Below, piece by piece: positions 17,398 to 25,407 of a DNA stretch of 64,000 nucleotides. Where the stretch lies: contig JAFGSA010000025.1 of the NCBI GenBank assembly GCA_016934855.1, positions 231 to 64,230 on the forward strand, read 5' to 3'. Below the pieces are notes generated by a model. The model was not told the origin of the DNA and ran no database searches. It worked only from the letters and a program-made list of their open reading frames with translations. Each line of letters starts with the position of its first letter. Position 1 is the first letter of the stretch. The stretch comes from Elusimicrobiota bacterium (GTDB taxonomy: Bacteria > CG03 > SLGR01 > JAFGSA01). A program made the translations under genes and the position numbers.

Positions 17398-18742
17398 AGG
17401 GGATAAACTCTTTATCCTGGGGCTTGACTGCCTCGCGCCGGAACTGGTTTTCGGCGAATCGGCGAAAGACCTTAAAAATATATCGGGGATTCTGGATAAA
17501 AGCATTTACGGCGAACTGAAAAGTACCTGTCCGCCGATAACCGTGCCCGCCTGGATGTCTATGTTCACCGGCAGGGATCCTGGTGAACTAGGTTTTTACG
17601 GGTTCAAGGACAGGAGATCATTCGGATACGGGGACAGTTATCTGCTGAACAGCGCGGCAGTAAAGGAGCCTGTCTTATGGGAATACTTTGCGCAGAAAGG
17701 AATGAAGTCTGTCGTAATAGGTGTTCCCCAGACATATCCTCCGAAACCTTTCGGGGGGGTTCTTGTATGCAGTTTTCTGACTCCCGATACGGACCTGGAA
17801 TATACCCACCCGCCATACATCAAGGAAGAGATTAACAGGATTACCGGCGGGAAGTATATGATTGATGTAGATAATTTCCGCACGCAGGACAAAGATGCTC
17901 TGCTTGATCAGATATACAGCATGACCGAGAACAGGTTTAAGGTGATATCCGATTTTATAGGGAGCAAAGACTGGAATCTATTCATCGCTGTTGAAATGGG
18001 CGTGGACAGGATCCATCACGGTTTCTGGGGTAAAGACGGGCAGAACGACAGGATAAAAGGGTATTACAGGTATATCGACGAACAGATAGGGAAGCTCCTG
18101 GAAAAACTTGACGACAGGACCGGGCTCATGATAGTGTCCGATCACGGTGCCAGGAGCAACCGGGGGACATTCAATATCAACAACTGGCTTATTGAGAACG
18201 GTTACCTGGTGCTCAGGGGCCGCCCGGCAGAGCAGGGAAGGCTGGACCCGAATACTGTTGACTGGAAAAAGACGCGCGCGTGGGCTGAGGGCGGATATTA
18301 CGGGAAGATATTCCTTAATGTAAAAGGCAGGGAGCCTGTCGGAAAGATTAAAAAAAAGGAAATCGCTAAGTTCAAGGAAAGACTGGCGTGCGAACTGGAA
18401 ACGGCAGGTGCCGGGGAGGCAGAGTTAAAAAACAGATGTTTTTTCCCCGAACAGATATATCGCAGGGTAAACGGCATTCCGCCGGATATAATAGTATATT
18501 CCCGGGATCTGAGCTTCAGGGTATCGGGATGCACCGGCGGCGGGTTGTTCGTAAAAGGTGCTGCCGATCTGTCCGACAGTGCAAACCATTCAGAGCACGG
18601 GGTTTATATAGATTATCTGCCTGGAAGGACCTCCGGTAACGGGTATAAAGAGGGCCTTTCCATCTATGATGTTGTGCCCACGGTGCTCGAGAGGTTCAAG
18701 ATGGAGGCCGGAAGCGGTTTCCGGGGCAGGGTGATCCCGTGA
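17390..18742 (+). CDS. Alkaline-phosphatase-superfamily protein, paralog 2
   Basis: Motifs FILGLDCLAP, PPITVPAWMSMFTG, GVDRIHHGFW, VSDHGA and VDWKKTRAW align with paralog 1. The GTG start at 17390 overlaps the ATP-grasp stop. Confidence 0.7.
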   Translation: MNKGDKLFILGLDCLAPELVFGESAKDLKNISGILDKSIYGELKSTCPPITVPAWMSMFTGRDPGELGFYGFKDRRSFGYGDSYLLNSAAVKEPVLWEYFAQKGMKSVVIGVPQTYPPKPFGGVLVCSFLTPDTDLEYTHPPYIKEEINRITGGKYMIDVDNFRTQDKDALLDQIYSMTENRFKVISDFIGSKDWNLFIAVEMGVDRIHHGFWGKDGQNDRIKGYYRYIDEQIGKLLEKLDDRTGLMIVSDHGARSNRGTFNINNWLIENGYLVLRGRPAEQGRLDPNTVDWKKTRAWAEGGYYGKIFLNVKGREPVGKIKKKEIAKFKERLACELETAGAGEAELKNRCFFPEQIYRRVNGIPPDIIVYSRDLSFRVSGCTGGGLFVKGAADLSDSANHSEHGVYIDYLPGRTSGNGYKEGLSIYDVVPTVLERFKMEAGSGFRGRVIP

Positions 18743-19080
18743 ATGAACAGAAAGTAAAGGTGAAATATACGGAAGACGGAGTGGACTACAGCCTGACAGA
18801 AAAGGATTTTATTAAGGTGGAGGAATATTGCGAGAACGAATGCATGGGGTACAGGTTCCTTCTTAATGCCGAGATACTCAGGAAGATGATAAGGAACCTC
18901 GCCGGCCAGGGAGCGCCTGCTCCATACACGCTGGATGACCTGGCAGACAGCACTAAATATGAAACCGGGCCCGGCGAAGAACTGATAAAGGAAATAAAGA
19001 GCAAGTTAGGGACCGGCGATCTGAGACTTGTGGCAAAAATTGTTATTAAACAGACCTACAAGTTTCTTTATAAAATATAA
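18739..19080 (+). CDS. Hypothetical small protein (113 aa)
   Basis: The ORF has a GTGA overlap with the upstream stop. I recognise no motif. Only position within a coupled gene string supports it. Confidence 0.4.
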   Translation: MNEQKVKVKYTEDGVDYSLTEKDFIKVEEYCENECMGYRFLLNAEILRKMIRNLAGQGAPAPYTLDDLADSTKYETGPGEELIKEIKSKLGTGDLRLVAKIVIKQTYKFLYKI

Positions 19081-19094
19081 GGCAGGTTAACATC

Positions 19095-20387
19095 ATGAAA
19101 AAAGACAGGCCATTGGTTTATTTAATAGGTTCGAGCATAAGGAATATAGCGGAAGAAAAGGACATAATAGACGGGGTCAGGTCTCTGGGCAGCGAGATGT
19201 ACCTTTATGAATATCTTGAAAAAAAAGCGCGGTCGGGCGGTATAAGTAATTCGGAAGGCGGATTGATCGCCGCCGCGTACGGATGCCTGAGGCGGGATGT
19301 CAGGATGGAATACCTTAGGCTCAACAGGTATTTCAGGGAAGACGGGAGCGCGACCGGGGTAGATGAGCTTATAGACAGGATCGCTTCATGCACAGGCATG
19401 ATATTTTCGCTGCCCGTGTATTTCGGAGACCGCTCCTCGCTCTTCGAGGAATTCATAGAAGAGTGTGATAAGAGGCAGTTCACCCTCGATGGCAAAGTCT
19501 GCGGTTTTATATCGGCGGGAGCAAAAAGAAACGGGGGACAGGAGACCACTAATATATACGCGATAAGCGATGTGGTTAATATGGGCGCCCTGGCTGTGGG
19601 TAACGGCCCGCCTACCTGCCAGTACGGGGGCACGTGCGTGGGCGGAAACAAGGGGACTATGGCGGATGATTATTTCGGCATATTGACATCTATGGGTACG
19701 GGGAACAGGGTCGCTTCGATTTCCGAGGTAATCCGGGCCGGCGCCGGAAAATCACAAGACCGGGTCAGGATCACTTTTCTTATCATGAAGGAAAAAGGGC
19801 AGCTCGTCAGAGACCTGGTCTCGCGGATATCACAAAAGTGCGCAGGTCGGGCCGAGTTCAGGACGGTCGATCTGAATGAATATCATTTTTCGAGGTGCCG
19901 TGCATGCGATGTGTGCCCTTCGCTCAAGGAGAATAAAGACTACAGGTGCATAATAAACGACGATGATATGAAAAAGATACAGCCGTTCCTTACCGACACG
20001 GATGCCCTTGTCGTATGCGGAGTTTCCACAGCCTGCCGGTCCGGAGTGGAGTCTGTCTATCAGAGGTTCGTGGAACGGTCAAGATATCTCAGGAGGGACG
20101 ATTTCAGGCTGACCAACAGGCTCTTGTCATATATATCGCTTCAGGAACTGGATGCGGCCGTGGATTTCGGCATAAGGGCCAAGACGTCGTTTATCAGACA
20201 TAACATGATACTGGTTAAAGGTGCGGATCTTGTGATCTCCGAGAGCCGCATACTGAATGAGCGTCTGGCGGCAGCGGCCGTGGGCAGTTTGATAGAAAAA
20301 ATTCAGATAGTGAAAGCGGGGCTGGGAAAATGCGAGCTGGAAGAGCCCAGATACGCAGATGTCGGGTATGCCGGCGGCAGGAAATAG
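19095..20387 (+). CDS. Tandem flavodoxin-like-fold protein (NADPH-dependent FMN reductase-like plus iron-sulfur-flavoprotein-like half)
   Basis: First half: SLPVYFGDRSSLFEEFIE...GKVCGFISAGAKRNGGQETT. Second half: Cys cluster CRACDVCP...YRC followed by DDMKKIQPFLTDTDALVVCG. Confidence 0.55.
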   Translation: MKKDRPLVYLIGSSIRNIAEEKDIIDGVRSLGSEMYLYEYLEKKARSGGISNSEGGLIAAAYGCLRRDVRMEYLRLNRYFREDGSATGVDELIDRIASCTGMIFSLPVYFGDRSSLFEEFIEECDKRQFTLDGKVCGFISAGAKRNGGQETTNIYAISDVVNMGALAVGNGPPTCQYGGTCVGGNKGTMADDYFGILTSMGTGNRVASISEVIRAGAGKSQDRVRITFLIMKEKGQLVRDLVSRISQKCAGRAEFRTVDLNEYHFSRCRACDVCPSLKENKDYRCIINDDDMKKIQPFLTDTDALVVCGVSTACRSGVESVYQRFVERSRYLRRDDFRLTNRLLSYISLQELDAAVDFGIRAKTSFIRHNMILVKGADLVISESRILNERLAAAAVGSLIEKIQIVKAGLGKCELEEPRYADVGYAGGRK

Positions 20388-21459
20388 AAGCGTGTCTGCG
20401 GAAGAGATAGATAGAATAAAAGTATCAAGGATAAAAATACCTCTGAAGGCGCCCTACCGCCTGTCTTACGCGACACTCGAATATTTCGATACGTTTCTGG
20501 TAGAGGCAGTTCTGCGTGACGGGAGAAGAAGCTGCGGTGAGACCACTTTCCTGGAAGGGTACAGCAGCGAGACTGCGGGAAGATCGGCGGGTGAAGCCGA
20601 AAAGATCATCGGAAGGATTCGGGGTATCGGGCTGGAAGGGGCCTTATCACTGCTGCGCGGTTATACGGAAGATATGCCTTTTCTGATATCGGGAATTATT
20701 ACGGCTTTGGAAGGGTTCGGCATGGACTACACGGGGGAAATGATAAGGATGCCGGTTATCGCTTTAATGAACGGGATGGATGAAGAAGAGATAGAAAAAG
20801 AAGCGGAAGGGATAAAAGGCGGCGGATATTCCGCCGTGAAGATCAAGGTAGGGTTACAGGCGCTGGAGAAGGATATAGACAGGATCAGGATGGCCAGGGA
20901 ATACCTTGGAGAAAATATGAGAATAAGGGTTGATGCGAACCAGTCTCTCTCATTCGGCGAACTCGAGACCCGCATAAAAAAGCTCGCGGATCTCGACATA
21001 GAATATATAGAGCAGCCTTTTCCCAGGGGTGCCTGGGACGAGCATGCGCAGCTTAACGGGCTGTCCGGCGTCCGGGTGATGCTGGACGAGTCCGTCTGGA
21101 CGGTCAGAGATCTGGAAAAAACCGCGCGGACGGGCGCCGCTTCGCATGTAAAACTGAAACTGCAGAAATGCGGCGGATATAAAGGTCTGTGCCGCATGAT
21201 AAAAGAGGCCATGGAGAAAGGCTTGGAAGTCATCATAGGAAACGGGGTCCAGACGGACCTTGTGAATTTTATGGAGGCCCGCGCTTACCGCGAGAACATG
21301 CTTATGCTCCCGGGGGAGAACATAGGGTTTACCAGGATGAGAAAGCGTCTTTTAAAGAGCGCTGCTAAAGTGAAAAACGGTATGGCGGAATTCGCGGATG
21401 AACCGCCGGTCCTGTCCGGAAAATTCCCTGCGGGCAGCGAGGATACGCTGTGGACCTGA
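20359..21459 (+). CDS. Enolase-superfamily enzyme (mandelate racemase/muconate lactonizing family; dipeptide-epimerase-like)
   Basis: Catalytic and metal-ligand pattern is AVKIKVG, RIRVDANQS, IEYIEQPF, VMLDESV and KLQKCGG. The start is uncertain: ATG 20359 overlaps the upstream gene, and in-frame GTG 20392 lies just after its stop. Confidence 0.75.
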   Translation: MSGMPAAGNRSVSAEEIDRIKVSRIKIPLKAPYRLSYATLEYFDTFLVEAVLRDGRRSCGETTFLEGYSSETAGRSAGEAEKIIGRIRGIGLEGALSLLRGYTEDMPFLISGIITALEGFGMDYTGEMIRMPVIALMNGMDEEEIEKEAEGIKGGGYSAVKIKVGLQALEKDIDRIRMAREYLGENMRIRVDANQSLSFGELETRIKKLADLDIEYIEQPFPRGAWDEHAQLNGLSGVRVMLDESVWTVRDLEKTARTGAASHVKLKLQKCGGYKGLCRMIKEAMEKGLEVIIGNGVQTDLVNFMEARAYRENMLMLPGENIGFTRMRKRLLKSAAKVKNGMAEFADEPPVLSGKFPAGSEDTLWT

Positions 21460-22214
21460 AAAAGAAGCTGGAACTGAAGAAAATATATCTTTACAGGCGT
21501 TTCTATTCTTTCTTCGAGCGTCCCAGCGGATACGAACCGTACGATTTCGGTATTTACGAGGAAGCGCTCTCCGGCATGAACGGCTCGGGTAAATATAATT
21601 TTATAGGCATGGAGCACGTGCGGGAGAAAAGAGACGACAGGATAAACGTGATATTAAGGCATGATATAGACCGCATGGAGGACGTCGGGATGCTGGAGAC
21701 CTTCCTGGAATACGAGCTTGAGCGCCGCATGTTCTCGAGCAGTTATATAAGGGTGGACGGCGAAAAGTACAGCCCGGCCGATATACTGGAAATAGTAAGG
21801 AAATACGCGGGTAAAGGCCATGAGTTCGGGCTGCATAGCTCATGTTATACCCATGACGACTGCATGGGCAGGTTCGAATGGGAAGCCGGGGAATTCCTGC
21901 GGGTATTCGGTTTCCGTCCCGGGAGCTTCACTCAGCACGGGATGGGCAGCAGGTTCATAGAGAGAAGACAGGAGTTTAACGGCAGGCTGGATGAAGCAAA
22001 AAAAAGAACCGGTATAAGTATGACCGACTGCTGCATGAGCGACGTCCTGTATCATTTCAAGGTAACTGACGCGAATTATGACTATAAGAGGAAAGCAAGG
22101 TTCCTGGGGTCATATTTCAGGTCGTTTCCCTATGTGCCCTATAGCAGGGGAAAATGCTACCTGGTGCTGACGCATCCCGGATACTGGAAGAAGCAGAGAA
22201 ATGCCGGCCGATAA
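21450..22214 (+). CDS. Hypothetical protein, possibly a NodB/polysaccharide-deacetylase-like hydrolase
   Basis: The only support is a weak LRHDIDR motif plus later His residues (GLHSSCYTH, LTHPGYW). The GTG start overlaps the upstream stop. The functional call is tentative. Confidence 0.35.
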   Translation: MDLKKKLELKKIYLYRRFYSFFERPSGYEPYDFGIYEEALSGMNGSGKYNFIGMEHVREKRDDRINVILRHDIDRMEDVGMLETFLEYELERRMFSSSYIRVDGEKYSPADILEIVRKYAGKGHEFGLHSSCYTHDDCMGRFEWEAGEFLRVFGFRPGSFTQHGMGSRFIERRQEFNGRLDEAKKRTGISMTDCCMSDVLYHFKVTDANYDYKRKARFLGSYFRSFPYVPYSRGKCYLVLTHPGYWKKQRNAGR

Positions 22215-23187
22215 AAATATGGATTTCAAGGACAGGGGAGTGATAATAACCGGGCACGCCCGGACCGGAACGACGCTGCTGGTGAGTCTTCTGGACGGCC
22301 ATCCGGGGCTAATGGTGATACCGGTAGAATCCAAGTTCTTCAGCGCCATAGAGAGCGGCGATTTTTACAGGTATATATATGATATCAGGTGCTTTTCCAG
22401 GTTCAGGCAGGGGGAAGTAATAAGGGGCGGATATGAACCTGAGATAAAATACGAGGATATCACGGCCGAGTTTGAAAAGAACAACGCCGGTTACGGTTAC
22501 AAAAACCGTTTTATCGCCGTTCTAAAGGCTTTCTACAGGTTCTACGGCAACGATAATGCCGAGATGTGGGTTGAGAAGACGCCGGCCCACTGGCTGTACT
22601 GGCCGCTCTTGAAAACCTGGTTCAAGGGGTTGAAGATGGTGCATATGTACAGGGATCCGCGGGACGTTTTCGCCTCGTGGTCAAAGAGGAACCCGGGCGC
22701 GGACGCCGCTTCTTTCTGCGGAAGATTCATGAAGATATACGATACGGTAGAAGAATACAAGAGACATACGGAAGATATAGTCACTGTCAGGTACGAAGAC
22801 CTTGTTGCAGATACCGGGGCTGTTATGAAGCGGATATGCGGTTTTCTCGGCATAGACTATTCGGACAGCATGAAGAAACCTACGGTGATGGGAAGGGAAT
22901 TCGGCTCCAATTCTTCCCATTTCGACGGCGTGCGGGGTATAAGCAACAGGTCGGTAGGGATATATAAAAGCGCTCTGCCCGGGTCTTTGGCGGAGACAGT
23001 GGAAAAACTGACCCGCAGGTTCATGGATAACGAGGGATACTCGGATCCGGAAAGGCCGCGGAAACATGCCGGAAGAAATATACGCGGGCTGGTGCTGGGC
23101 CGGTTTCCCGTTCTTCTTTCGGCCGGATTATTCCTGAGGGGCCGTATCTCGTTTTTCAGGAATCTATTCGTGAGGAGGCCCGTATGA
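22201..23187 (+). CDS. PAPS-dependent sulfotransferase (Sulfotransfer_3-like)
   Basis: 5'-PSB-like loop IITGHARTGTTLLVSLLDGHP and 3'-PB-like MYRDPRDVFASW. Soluble. Co-located with sat and cysC in the same window. Confidence 0.8.
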   Translation: MPADKNMDFKDRGVIITGHARTGTTLLVSLLDGHPGLMVIPVESKFFSAIESGDFYRYIYDIRCFSRFRQGEVIRGGYEPEIKYEDITAEFEKNNAGYGYKNRFIAVLKAFYRFYGNDNAEMWVEKTPAHWLYWPLLKTWFKGLKMVHMYRDPRDVFASWSKRNPGADAASFCGRFMKIYDTVEEYKRHTEDIVTVRYEDLVADTGAVMKRICGFLGIDYSDSMKKPTVMGREFGSNSSHFDGVRGISNRSVGIYKSALPGSLAETVEKLTRRFMDNEGYSDPERPRKHAGRNIRGLVLGRFPVLLSAGLFLRGRISFFRNLFVRRPV

Positions 23188-24725
23188 ACGGCATCTGGCC
23201 GGTCATCATCGCCGGATTCGCGCTCAGATTATGGCCTCAGTTCGCCGGTATATATTCCGACAGCGACGTATGGTTTCACCTGTGGTGGTCAGGCGAAATA
23301 AAAAATAACGGGTTCAGGGTCCCGAAGGCCAATAACCAGTTCATACTGGGCGGGAGGACCTGTTATCCTCCCCTGCTGCATTACCTGGTCGCGCTGATTC
23401 CCGGTACCTTCAGGAAAACCGGAGCTAAAATAATCAGCCCGCTTTTCGATATGTCCGTCATGGTTTTCTTTTTCATATTGTACGGAAAAAGCCTCTGGCT
23501 GACCGACAGCACGGGTTTTTACTGCGCGGTACTGCTGTACAGCTTTTCGCCGCTTCTGCTGAAATTCCAGGCCAACAGCGTATATACGCTCAAGGCACGA
23601 ACTATGGGGCGGTTTTTCCTGACGGGATCGCTGGTATGTTTCTATTTATACGTTCAGGCCGGCGGGCTGCTCTATCTGGCGGGCGCTTCGCTTTTCTTCT
23701 GTCTGGTGCTCCTGTCTTCGAAATTCACCCTGCAGACATACGCGGTCATAACGGCGTTCATGCTGGCCTTCTCGGTGAAGATCCTGCTGGTGCTGTTTCT
23801 CGGCTTCCTGCTTGCGCTGGCGTTTTCGGGAGGCTTTTATATATCCGTCCTGAGGCAGCATATCGAACATCAGAAGATGTATTTCAGGAAAGTGAAATAC
23901 TATTCCGCGCCCAGCTGGATGAATAATACCGAAGACATAAGATATATACTGAATCCTGTCAATATCTTCAGGAACCCGGCCGGATATTTCGACAAGATAC
24001 TTTACAGGATCACTTTCACGGGCGCCGTTTTCTATATGCCGGTTTTTGCATATTTTATTCTGCGGCTGGCTTCAGGGGCTGTAGTGCTGGGGCCGGGCGC
24101 CGGCAGTTTCCTGGTATTATGGACCGGCGCTTGCCTGTTTGCTTTCCTGGCGACCTCGTTCAAAGCGCTTATATCGCTGGGACAGGCGGACAGGTACCTG
24201 GAATACTGTGTATTCCCGGCCGTAATCATAATGATGAATTCCAGTTTTAAAGGTACTCTGTATGAAAACCGCATTTTCGTTGTCATCGTACTGCTGGCGT
24301 TCTACCTGGCGACCAATTTCAAACATATATATGTAAACATCAAAAAGAGAAAGATCCCGGATGATGACTATGACCGGCTGGAGCGATTCCTCGCGGGATC
24401 GGATCCCCTCAGGATACTCTTTATACCCATGAAGACCGCCCTGCGGTTCGCTCATATCCATAAACACATGTTCCTGTGGGCCAGCCCGTTCGTGGAGCCG
24501 TACGTGAAGCCGGGATTCTGGGACGACACTTTCAAAAAAGGCCGGTTCTTGTTTCCCTCCTCGATCGGCAGTCTGAGGGATAAATATTCTATAGACTGCG
24601 CCATACTCGACAGCGCGTATGTCGAAGAATACACAAGCGATCTGGAAAGATCGGGTTTCGGGTTTCGCGAAGCAATAGGAAGATACAGCGTCTTCGGGCT
24701 TCAGAAAAAGGGGGACACGGCATAA
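23184..24725 (+). CDS. Polytopic membrane protein, GT-C-like glycosyltransferase, polymerase or oligosaccharyltransferase candidate
   Basis: About 11 or more hydrophobic segments. The N-terminal loop contains a YPPLLHYLVAL motif resembling ArnT/PMT-type GT-C enzymes. The soluble C-terminal region is about 130 aa. ATGA overlap with the sulfotransferase. Confidence 0.45.
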   Translation: MNGIWPVIIAGFALRLWPQFAGIYSDSDVWFHLWWSGEIKNNGFRVPKANNQFILGGRTCYPPLLHYLVALIPGTFRKTGAKIISPLFDMSVMVFFFILYGKSLWLTDSTGFYCAVLLYSFSPLLLKFQANSVYTLKARTMGRFFLTGSLVCFYLYVQAGGLLYLAGASLFFCLVLLSSKFTLQTYAVITAFMLAFSVKILLVLFLGFLLALAFSGGFYISVLRQHIEHQKMYFRKVKYYSAPSWMNNTEDIRYILNPVNIFRNPAGYFDKILYRITFTGAVFYMPVFAYFILRLASGAVVLGPGAGSFLVLWTGACLFAFLATSFKALISLGQADRYLEYCVFPAVIIMMNSSFKGTLYENRIFVVIVLLAFYLATNFKHIYVNIKKRKIPDDDYDRLERFLAGSDPLRILFIPMKTALRFAHIHKHMFLWASPFVEPYVKPGFWDDTFKKGRFLFPSSIGSLRDKYSIDCAILDSAYVEEYTSDLERSGFGFREAIGRYSVFGLQKKGDTA

Positions 24726-24726
24726 G

Positions 24727-25407
24727 ATGGCTATGGAATTAGAAGTAATGAATCACGGCCTGGTCGGGTATTTGAAGGCTTATGCTATTCAGGAATCGCT
24801 CGTGATGAGGAAACTCGAGGACCGGGCCGCGTGTGATTATCTGATCATGCTCGAGCATCCAGCTGTTGTCACTCTCGGTAAATCTGCGGATGAGGGCGAT
24901 ATAATAAACAGGGAAGAGCTTGTCAGGAAGAAGATAGAAATAATAAATACTGACCGGGGCGGAGGCGTGACTTTTCATGTTCCCGGGCAGCTGGTGATAT
25001 ACCCTGTAATGGACCTCAGGAGAAAGAGGATCACGGTGAGGGATTACGTGCGAGGGCTCGAAAGCGTTGTCATAGATGCGCTGAAGGAATTCGGCGTCGA
25101 AGCGGAAAGAAATCCCCTGAATAACGGCGTCTGGTATGACGCGTGTAAAATAGCGTCGATCGGTATAAGGCTAAGAAGGGGGATATCCTTTCACGGTATA
25201 GCCGTGAATGTGAATAATGACACGGATATCTCGGGTTATATCAATCCGTGCGGCCTTAAGGATATACGTCTTGTATCATTAAAGGAAATAACGGGCAGGC
25301 ATGTGCCGGAAGAAAGATTCAGGTATATCATCGAAGAGAAGTTCCGGGATTCTTTCGGTTACCCGGCCGCCGTGAAAACGCGTATGGGAGCATCAGAAAC
25401 AAGATGA
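24727..25407 (+). CDS. lipB: Octanoyl-ACP:protein N-octanoyltransferase (LipB family)
   Basis: Motifs LEHPAVVTLGKS, RGGGVTFHVPGQLVIYPV, KIASIGIRLRRGISFHGIAVNV and catalytic-Cys context INPCGL. Confidence 0.85.
   Translation: MAMELEVMNHGLVGYLKAYAIQESLVMRKLEDRAACDYLIMLEHPAVVTLGKSADEGDIINREELVRKKIEIINTDRGGGVTFHVPGQLVIYPVMDLRRKRITVRDYVRGLESVVIDALKEFGVEAERNPLNNGVWYDACKIASIGIRLRRGISFHGIAVNVNNDTDISGYINPCGLKDIRLVSLKEITGRHVPEERFRYIIEEKFRDSFGYPAAVKTRMGASETR

Noticed and set aside
18739-19080. Idea that the 113-aa protein is a small acyl or aminoacyl carrier protein for the ATP-grasp/AsnB enzymes (segment DDLADSTKYE).
   Set aside because: The local sequence lacks the canonical carrier-protein context (G-x-D-S-L/I followed by a helix II pattern), and the overall pattern does not look like a four-helix ACP. 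It is kept as hypothetical.
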